Of a stretch of 64,000 nt of DNA, positions 54,670-64,000 are shown piece after piece (the first letter of the stretch is position 1; each line of letters opens with the position of its first letter). The notes under the pieces are model-generated. The model worked only from the letters and a program-made list of their open reading frames with translations, was not told the DNA's origin and ran no database searches. Made by a program: the position numbers and the translations under genes. The stretch spans positions 310,001-374,000 of the forward strand of contig BCIN01000006.1 in the NCBI GenBank assembly GCA_039545335.1. The letters are read 5' to 3'. This DNA is from Kondoa subrosea. Taxonomy: Eukaryota.

Positions 54670-54986
54670 ATGAGAAGAGACCAGTGTGGGAGCAGGAGAC
54701 GCGTGGTAAAATTGCCATTACTGCGGTGAAGATAATTTGATTTGGTTATTCTAGTATTTTTAGTAAGCTGCTCCTTTTCTTATCGTGCTATATTGTAGCT
54801 GACTCCGAGCCTTACAGATAATAGGGATGATAAGGACTAGATAAGAACAATTTGCGCCCGTCTAATTCGATTACGTCAGCAAATATGCAACAATTTGAAA
54901 CCTAATTTCGTTTCGTGTCCACGTAATTATCGCTCTTCTTCTTCACAACCACCTTTTCTTCTCTTTTTATACTCACACTCTACAAT

Positions 54987-56550
54987 ATGTCTGCCCAAGA
55001 GAAAGGAGCTCGGTCAGTTTAGCTTTGCTCACTATCTTTAAACGTTCCTTATCCCTTTCTAAAGTTATGGCGCCAAGCTTGAGTGAGCTCTTATCGGTCT
55101 ACTCAACCAGTTGTTAATAGGCTCTACAAGCAATGTCAACAATGAGATCAAGAACAATGCCATCAACAAGTCCTATCGCGTAAGCTTTTGGTCGAGCACG
55201 TGCCCTCTAACTTCGCTCATCTCTTTTTGACGTAGGACCTTGGTGCTGACTTTGGAAAGAGAGTCGATGCTATTGCTCATCAGCTGTGAGTTGTATTGCG
55301 AGACGAATGTACACTGTTTGGCTGATATAAAAGACCGCAGCAATGATAAGACTGCTGATCGCGATGGCAAGAAAGCTGAGTGAGTCGAGGCGACAAGATG
55401 CAGGCAATCTGCTGATCATGGATTCTCCAACTCACAGTCAGCACTTTTATGTATGCTCCCATTCTTCAGCTCTATCCATTTCTTATTTCCCTTTCCTGCT
55501 CAAGGAGCTCTATGACTCTGCTGCATCTCTCGTCGGCCATACCTATGACTATGCCTGGTGTAATTGATCTCTTCGTGTCAATTGCGCGAGAAGCTGATGT
55601 TCACCGCAGCTTGGGTTCCTTTCGCTCAAAAGAAAGCTCAACAAGCTCGTAATGATCCCAAAGGTCTTGCTATTGAAGGCAAAGAGAACGCCAAAGGTGC
55701 TGCTCGTGACGCTGGTAACAAAGCCGTAGCTGCCAAAGAGGTCGGTCCATGGCTCTGAAATCGCAGTAAGCTGATTCTGGGACCGTTGTCTTGACAGGAA
55801 ACCAAGCAAACCATGTTCACCCTCATCAATGAGACTCGAGGTCTGACTGGTCAAATCTTGGACACTGCTCAACAGTCAGTTTCTGCTTTTCTCTCCGGTT
55901 GACTCTAATGTCATGCATCTTTCAGCTACATTGCCGTGGCTGATCAGAAGACCAAAGAGGCTGAAAGGGATGCTAAATCATCTGACAATCCTCCTGTTCA
56001 AGCTGCTGGTGGAATTATCGGTGAGTTTCACCTTGAGGCTGCACACTAGAGCTTTTTCAAGGTAGCTGCTCTCACAGGTGCTTGTCGAAACCTTACTGCT
56101 GCTATCATTGGTCGAACTCGAGATGTCGTTTGCTACGGTATGGAAAAAGGCGAAGATGCTCGTTATCAGATGTCAGATGCTGCCAATCAAGCCATCGAAA
56201 ATGCTAAAGGGTATGGTAGATCTGCTCAGGTTAGTCCTTACAAATGGTTGAAGTAAGTACTAATGAAGAGTGCAGAACTCTGCTTATGATCAAATGAATC
56301 GAGCTCGTGGAATGGGTCAGGATGCTAAGGTATGCCTGCGCTAGACTTTGCATTGTGATCTGTTAAAGCATAGCGTACATGCATACAGAACGAAGCCAAG
56401 AATATGACTTCAAACGCTCAAGCTAAAGGGGGAATTGGTCAAGGTCAAGGCGAAGATTCCAGCAGACCTGGGTGAGTTTTGTCATTCGATCTTATATGGC
56501 TACTTGTCTGACATCTGATTATTAGTTTCCACGTCTCCGTCAACTTGTGA
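54987..56550 (+). CDS. LEA/hydrophilin-like Ala/Lys/Gln-rich protein, about 14 short exons
   Basis: Spliced frame MSAQEKGARYGAKLDNVNNEIK...KENAKGAARDAGNKAVAAKE...DAANQAIENAKG...FHVSVNL*. Confidence 0.7.
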
Positions 56551-56662
56551 TTTCGATTAGCAAGTGATGCTTCAAATCTTAGAAACGATTTCTTTTTCCA
56601 TGTAGACCCGCTATGATTTAGACTAGCCGCCGAATGAAATACACGTATAAGGTAGCCATTAC

Positions 56663-57915
56663 GTTTGCCTCTGTTGAAGTTTCAACTCTTGAAAAACCTT
56701 ATGTATCTCAGACTTCGTCGACCAACTGCGATCGATTACAGACTGCTCGCTTGATATCATGACAGGCCAGACGAACTGAAGAAAGCCTGTCTGGTCCAAG
56801 ATTGCGGACTATGGGGACTCAGGTGCTTGCTTGATTCCAGTTCGCTTTGTCTTTTCGCTCGAAACTGCTCAAAACCTTGGCAAGTCAACACTACTGTCGC
56901 TATTCAATGCAACACATATCTCTCCTCCTCAATCCAACAGACTCTAGTATCGGGAAAAGCTGTCAGGTGCAGGCTGGCGTATTTTCGTTACCTGGTCTCG
57001 CGCGTTCACCTGAACATTAGCCTTTCGTACTCTACAGAGCTATCTCTAGACAGGTCTTGTTTGCTGCAGCCCTATAATCAGTCAAAGGGTGGTCCAAATC
57101 TGCTGTTTCGAAGCTTGTCTATGGCAATGTTCGATAATCCTATTGTATGCCGCTACGAGCAGTCGAGTCAATCGAATGTCCTGCAATTTGCCGTTCCTAC
57201 AGTGGCATCGATGATTGTACTCTCTGACCCTACCTTGGTTCTCCTTCATCACTCATACAAACAAGGTTTTACATTCCGATTATGTCACATCGCAAACGCG
57301 CTTTCCTGCCCTCTGCTTGTCTACATTTGCGTCAAGCATGTCCATTCAGCGACGCGTGTCATGGCGACACGTGGCTTGATACTTCAGACTCAATCGCTAG
57401 ACTGGGACCTTATACTTGCCAAATACAGCAAGTCCAGACTGTCCCTTATTGTTCAGCGCCACAGAGTGCTCTACATGACCTGGGCGAAATCTTGCACTCC
57501 TCTTCTTCCCTCACTCTTTCATGTTCTTCATTCTTGGCTCTACAAAACGTAAGCACGCCGAAAAGCCGCTGCGAGAAAGACTTTCAGACTTGTCGTTGCT
57601 CTTTGAACTCTTCTTTGGGATGGGAATGCTGTAGTGGCGTGCTACCTAACTCTTGGTACTACAAGCGCCTGTTTCCGATCATCCGATAGCTAGAGCGGAG
57701 AGCCTGCAGAATACGTTGGCAGTGAGTTAGCAGCTGTCACGTATTCTGGTATGTAGACCGGAGCCACAGCGCCTGCTCAGATCCTGCTGTCGGATGATCG
57801 GGTCAGAGAAGGATCATTGAGTAATTGCTTGTCGAGGACCTATCTTGCGGCTGTTTTTCTATTCTTTCTTTTCCACTTCTTGATAAAAGATCTGATATGC
57901 TTCTCTCGCAGATTA
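56663..57915 (+). pseudogene. Tandem duplicate A of a degenerate gene
   Basis: Colinear with 58163-59228 (e.g. GATTACAGACTGCTCGCTTGAT and AAAAGCCGCTGCGAGAAAGA); indels and stops. Confidence 0.7.
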
Positions 57916-58009
57916 CCGCTAAGGTCATTTTCTGCCGATGGTCTTTGGCATCATGAATCACTGATTGTACTTTCAGATCATAAGAGCAATCAATGTAGCA
58001 TCGAAGAAT

Positions 58010-59228
58010 ATTGTAGTGCATTGCCTGCTGAGATCTACAACAGCGTCAGACTTTTGACCTTTGTGCGAATCCCACTGACGAGTCCAATTTGAAGCTGAAG
58101 TTGTTCGATTTTGCTGACCCGTCCCGGTCGCGCTGCGCATCAAAAGAACTTCTGGCAGCCATATTTGCCTCTGACCAAGTTTCCAGCTTTGTGCACGAAA
58201 TGTCAAAGCCACGTATCTCAGATTTTGTCGACCACCTGCGACCGATTACAGACTGCTCGCTTGATCCTATGGCAGGCCAGAAGAACTAAGGAAAGCATGT
58301 CTGGTCCAGATTGTAGGCCATAGCGGCTTTCAAGTGCTTGCGTGATTCAGGTTCGCTTTGTCTGTTCGCTCGAAATTGCTCAAAATCCTGGGAAGCCGAC
58401 ACTGCTGGTGCTTCAATGCAACACGTATCCCTTCTCAATTCAAGTCAAATAATCATTGAAAAGGGCTGCCAAATGCTGTCAACTTTCGTGATCTATAGCA
58501 GCAATGATGGCTATACTCGCTTTCGCTCTTGCGCCATGCCTTGATTCTCGTTCACCACTCGTGTGCACAGCATATTTACATTCCGATTGTATCGCGTCGC
58601 AAACGCGTTCTGCGTACTTATGCTTCTCCTTATCTGCGTCAAATGTACACCTTCAATATCGCGTGCGATGGCACACGTGGCTTGATAGTTCAGACTCGAC
58701 CGCTAGCTAGACTGGGACCTTACACTTTCCAAATACAGCAAGTCCAAACTGTCCCTTGTTGTTCAGCGCCACAGGAGTGCTCTTAATGATCTGAGCGAAA
58801 TCTTGCACTCCTCTTTCTTTCTCACACTTTCATGTTCCTCTTTTTCACTTTACACAACGTAAGCGCGCCCAAAAGCCGCTGCGAGAAAGATTTTCAGACT
58901 TGTCGTTGCTCTTTGAACTCTTCTCTGGAATGGGAGTGCTGTCGAGGCGTGCTACTTAACGTCATAGTACTTCAAGCGCCCATTTACCAATCATCTGACA
59001 GCAGAGCGGTGAGCCTGCAGGATGCGTGGTCAATGAGTACCGCAGTTGCCACGTATCCTGATATTGTAGACCGGAGCAACAGTGCCTGCTCTAGTACGCT
59101 CTTAGATGATTGGGTCAGGGAAAGTTCATTGCGCGATTACTTGTCGAGGGTCTTCCTTTCAGCTGCTTTTTCATTCTTATCTTTTCTACCTTTCCGACAA
59201 AAGATCTGACATGCTTTCCCTCAGATTC
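58010..59228 (+). pseudogene. Tandem duplicate B, with F-box-like LPAEI start
   Basis: Colinear with copy A but lacks ~200 bp of it; SALPAEIYNSV at ~58015-58047. Confidence 0.65.
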
Positions 59229-59775
59229 CTCAAATGCTCTCTACTGTTGTCAGTACTTGCCGACTTTACACCTCACGTCATTTGATTCTGCAGAACATCG
59301 GGAAGCCAATGTTGTACACGTTGTATATAGCATTGAAGTGTAGTCTGCCGTGGCATTGCAGTCGTCCGTAGTTTCTCGCCTGTTTTCCGAGATCATCGAA
59401 TATGCGAAGTTTGCATGGAACGCTCACTCACCAAATGTCGCGTCGAGCACTACAGCTGATGATTCCGTCACATTATCACATAGATCTCACAACAGCTTAT
59501 GACCACCCTCATATCACTCTACTCGGCTATTGTTGATCCTCTTTTTTAAGGGGGTGTTATGATTTCGGCCATCTCGACTGGCTGAAGCGCCAGGCTTCCT
59601 TGTTCCGTCTCTACCACCACTTTTATACTTTGCTTGCTGGTTCAGGCTATTATCATTTTGATTTGTCTACAATTTCCTGTCTATCATAATCTGAGCACTT
59701 GAAAATACCTCAGCTCGCTTGGTCTCGATTCTTGCTATTCTCAATCTCACTACTGTCAAGCAATTCAGTACAATC

Positions 59776-61705
59776 ATGGCAGATCAAGCAATCAACGGCT
59801 CGAAAGCTAATTCGCTATACGTGGAAACGCTACCTAAGCTCGACTTGAGCGCCTCTCGTCGACGTGCTCTCCAGAAAGCAGCAGCTTTCATCGGACGTGT
59901 TAATCATCCTCTCATCGATTTGGCTGTTTTCCAAGCTCAAGACCACACAATCACTCACATAGTGGATCTGCAAGCTACAATTTGGACTCATATTCAAGTC
60001 GTTTACGAACAAAATGGACCAGAAGATCCTTTGGTGGTCTATACTAACTCTGTATGCGGCTTTTTCTCCAGCAGTGAAAGTCTCTCAACTCTGATGAACA
60101 GCTCGAAAACTGGTCTGGATTAACAACGTTTGTCGAAAGCTGTTCTGATGAGCATCGGCTTGGACGTTTCAAGTGCTCTCTCAAGGTTCACTAGCTATCG
60201 GAGCTTACATACAATAGCCTGATCAGAGTCTACAGAGCTTTCGCGAATACGCTGGTCATCGCGGTTCGTCTTACTGCCAACTTCATGAATTCGCTTACAT
60301 CCGTTTGGATATAGCCTTACACCAGTATCAGATGGCAATCTATCAAGGTCGTGATGTAGCCTTTCCAGCAGGTAAGCTTTGTTACTGTTTTCTCACTTTC
60401 GGCATGTAATAGCTGTTCACAGATCTAGAACTATCTTGACGACCTTCTTCTTACCCCAATCCCGTCTTCCTCGCTGCTCTTACTGAAACTCACGGAATTA
60501 ATAAGCCAATCGGAGAATCGCTTTACTATAATCCTCTTGTTCAAGCTGCTGGTCGATTTTCGGAATACAAGAGTACCAAGGCATTGTGTACTTCGGTCCC
60601 TGTACTTGAAAGGGCAACCAATGGCCAAAAGCAGATCGTGCACCTCGAATCTTTGGTATCCGGTTCGTCGCAAGATGTTGGCTTTCGATCCAGAGCTGAG
60701 TATAACTCAGGCGACCTTCTTAATTACCTTTGAGCTCAACATCTGCTTCTTATGGCAACGAGAGCGATGTCACAGCATATGGCTTCGCATCATCTGGCTA
60801 TGCTTCAAGTGCCTTGTATGAATCGTTTCCGCCGTCCTCTCCCTCGCCATGTGCTTCTATCGCAAAATCAACGGATGGTGTAGCTAGAAATGTGATTCTT
60901 CATCGCTCCATGGATAGACCAGCCAAGAGGGGCCGAACTTTGAGTGCGCCTAAGGTACATGTTTCCATGTTTTTAGGTGGTTCTAGCTGAATTCGGTTCT
61001 AGATGGGCCAAATGACTTGTTTGTCATCTTCACAAAGAACCGAGTCTACGTCTAATGTAGTCTTCAGATTTTGAAATTCCTGTGGAAGAAAAGCCGGAAT
61101 CAGCTGTATCGATTATTATTGAGAATGCTGGCAATGTCGATACAAGCAGAACATCTTTGAAGCGTGATGCATCGAAGGTCGCTTTACAAGCAATACATTG
61201 ATATCTCGAGCTGAATCATCTGTTTGTGCTTCAGATGGAACAAGCGGATTCTGCAGAAGTATTGGTCAAAGAGACGGCATGCCATTCTTGTATGATCGCG
61301 AAGCACAAGGATCAAGCCACTGTTGCTGTAGGATACTCGTCAGCGATTCTTGCTGTTGACTGATGTATGATGAACAGTCTGACAGAACATGGAAGCGATT
61401 GCCTCGCAGAGCTCTACGAAGTGCTCTCTCAGCCGGCATTGTAGCTGGAAAGGTGTTCGTTTGCTTCGCATACCGCTTAACCCAGCTCATCCTTCTTTTC
61501 AGCCTTGTTGGTGGAGCTGTAGCTATTGGAGTCGCAAGAGGAGTCAATTCCTTCATTGTCGCCGGTCCATCAGAAGTCATTGGGTCAGTTCTGATACCTT
61601 ACTCTGAACAATGATCCCTTGCTTATAATCTGTGCAGAGTGCCATGCATCGAAAACGCCGCTGCTCTGGCTTTTGATCTTGGATATATTCTTACCCAGGG
61701 CACGG
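59776..61705 (+). pseudogene. Multi-exon hypothetical gene with apparent in-frame stops
   Basis: Canonical introns and protein-like exons, but TGA at 60437 and TAA at 60721 fall in the spliced frame. Confidence 0.5.
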
Positions 61706-62102
61706 TAAGTGCTGTTTCTTTCTCTTATTGGGTCGCCGTCTGATGAGCCCGCGTTAGTTGTCAAACGGGATGCCTCTTCAAACCTTTACATGCTTACCTT
61801 CCACTTGCTCGCTCTTCTGCCCGGTTTACTACGAGGCTTGCGTTTGTTGCTGAGTGGCTTCTGTACCAATTCTGTAACATTTATTATTTTCGCTTGTACG
61901 ATTATAGCATAACACGATCTTTACGCATAACGAATCACTATCATTTGAAATATCACACTCGTTTTGTAAATCAATTTGACTTGACTTGTCTGTCATATTT
62001 GTACATAATGCATTTTAGCTCTTTCTCTCTGTTGCAATTACGATTTCGATTCTTCTATCATTCCCATCCCTTGCTTCCTCACTTTCATCTCCTTATCAAA
62101 TT

Positions 62103-63231
62103 CTACTCCGCAATAGCCTGACCAGCTTTCTTTCCACCAAACTTCTTCTCCCATCTTTCTTCCAAATCCGAATCGACCAAATGTTTTGCCGCTTTCCAGA
62201 ATTGAATACAACTAATGATTTGTTTCCCAAAACACACAGGGAAACTCAAAACCGCAATCACTTGAGGGAAAGTCAATTTTTGTAAAGCTGACCAGAAACC
62301 TAATGGGATTGAATGTCGGATTGTTGGAGGTAAGAGAGACATTAGGTATGGTGAAGAAATACCCATTGGGGTTCGGTAGAAATTGATTAGGTATAAAGCG
62401 ACGAAGAAAGCTTCGTTACCGAAACAGAAGAGGAAGAGAGTGGTCTATTCGATTGTTTGGTATTAGTGAATGTGAATCATTTTTAACAGTGCAGAAAAAT
62501 AGTAAGCCTACTTTGTTGTTGTAGTACAGCCAGAGAATTCGACTGTGCTCTTGCGTCACTGTCTTGTGACTCTTTGATCCAGCTACTAATGATCTGTAAG
62601 CCGCCATGGAGTTGCAATATCAGGATAAGCTGATACCGCACGCCATCTGCTTACGAATACATATGAATGTAATGACTGCTGAAATCCAATGTGATGAGAG
62701 CTTGAAAGAGAAGGGCGAATTTCGGGTAAGCGGAAGAAAGGAAACAAAGCAGACATGAAGTCGTGCATCTGTCGGTAACCATATCCAGCACTCCACCAAA
62801 TTTCGATGACTGCCCTAAAGCTCTTGCTGCTTGTCCATCCACTGCATCCAATAGCTGAGAGATTGTATAAAGTAGAGTACAGTAAAGCGGATGATAGGAC
62901 ATGAAGGTAAGGGATACTGCCGCCAAGATAACTCGAGTGTAGCCTTTATACCCGTTTCAGACTCATATGGTGCACTGCGATGATGCAGCCTACCTATCAG
63001 ATTCGGCACAAAGAGAAAGACATTCTCGTCCGCTGCTCATGCAATTGTCAGCCAGCGTTGTACAGTCGCAATCGAGAACGCACTCTTCGGCCTTTCCTGA
63101 GGATCTACCAGAGACCCAGGTGCATCCGTCTTGGAGTCTACGAATAGCCTTACTCAGTTCCTTGCATTTTTGCGAATGAGCTTTATCGCTTGAACAAGCA
63201 TACCAGTGAATCTTCTAGCTCTTCTCTTCAT
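62103..63231 (-). CDS. PIS1: CDP-diacylglycerol--inositol 3-phosphatidyltransferase
   Basis: ENVFLFVPNLIGYTR, CDP-alcohol phosphotransferase motif DAVDGQAARALGQSSKFGGVLDMVTDR, and DFSSHYIHMY. Confidence 0.97.
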
Positions 63232-63356
63232 CTCTGTCTGCTCTTAGTCTGTGTGTGTCTATGGCAATGACCTCTGGGTATCAATTCGCTTGAGAGGTCG
63301 TTCGCCGTGACAAAGAGAGAAGGCCGAAATCTCAATAGTCAGCTTGGCGCGCGCGC

Positions 63357-64000
63357 ATGGCAGAAGAAAGTCTAGATTGGGCTCTAGATGAAGATGATTT
63401 CATCAGTGCTACAAAAGTCGGCCCCCTTCTTAGCTCTGCTGCTTTCCTGCAAATGAGCTCATCCGACGTTTACTTAGGCTGTCTTCCTGCTGCCATACAA
63501 AGGCAAAGACGAGGACGCAAGTCAGTAGCTTAGACTCATTTACAAATCTTTTCCTCATACGTGCGAAAAACAGGTCCGTCACCACAGGAAATTGAACAAG
63601 ACCTTCGAAAGACGCTCTTCAGTGCAGCTTGGTCAGAGTGTTCTGAGCGCATCAATGTATGTCCTATTGTACCACTTGATGGTTTCGATCTTTATACTGT
63701 GACAACAACAGACTGTTCTTTCGCAACAAAGAGCTCAAGGTTTAGATGAACTTGTTCAGTTCGTGCACGACTTGGATCGAAAGAACTTCTCCTTGGTCCA
63801 AAAAGTCTCTAAGAGAGCCCCTTTGCCTACAGCCGTAGTCATAGGCAAGTCTTCAGAGGAAAGCCTTTGTGTCTGTCCCTAAGTTTCTAAGTTTTGGTTA
63901 TCAGATTCAAGTAGTTCCAGGACTGAAGCCATCATTGAAGCACTTCGCATATCTAGTGATGAATCCGATCAGACCAATATCATCGTCTCACTTGGTGCAA
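63357..64000 (+). CDS. ORC3: Origin recognition complex subunit 3, 3'-partial
   Basis: RKTLFSAAWSECSERI, LDELVQFV and LPTAVVI resemble the ORC3 N-terminal domain. Confidence 0.65.

Noticed and set aside
54987..55145. Out-of-frame uORF over the LEA-like gene
   Set aside because: Using the AAG acceptor at ~55129 instead of the TAG 10 nt upstream puts ATG 54987 in frame.
56663..59228. RIP-type hypermutation of the duplicates
   Set aside because: Differences are mixed transitions, transversions and indels, and CpG/CpA remain abundant; no directional bias is obvious by eye.
61740..61775. CTGATGAG hammerhead-like core
   Set aside because: No GAAA after the stem; more likely an intron branch-site context.

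Overview
Eukaryotic, intron-dense fungal DNA. Short GT-AG introns (~45-70 nt) with CTRAY-type branch sites and many micro-exons suggest a basidiomycete, plausibly Pucciniomycotina (inference). The ORF track therefore shows only exon fragments, and the gene models below were spliced by eye, so boundaries are approximate. Recognisable genes: R3H/G-patch (Sqs1-like), EF-hand MscS channel, IMPACT family, ALG2, GAPDH, eIF5A, HDHD3-like HAD, Zn2Cys6 transcription factor, KH-like protein, GPI-anchored protein, maleylacetate reductase-like, ThrRS, NAR1, RBR E3 ligase, MDP1, AIM25 scramblase, LEA-like protein, PIS1 and the start of ORC3. There are three accessory tracts. (1) A ~3-kb decayed DNA transposon (7459-10455) with a 9-bp target-site duplication, CCAAGT subterminal arrays and a 37-bp palindrome. 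(2) A ~7-kb tract (40-47 kb) of nested duplications containing an inverted, broken copy of the neighbouring ThrRS gene and remnants of an F-box/LRR-like family. (3) A diverged tandem duplication at 56.7-59.2 kb, followed by a gene with in-frame stops. Recurrent C-rich to G-rich skew switches with AT-rich centres occur independent of gene strand. I recognised no tRNA, rRNA or CRISPR array, and I cannot establish a new biological system; the best candidates are listed as findings.
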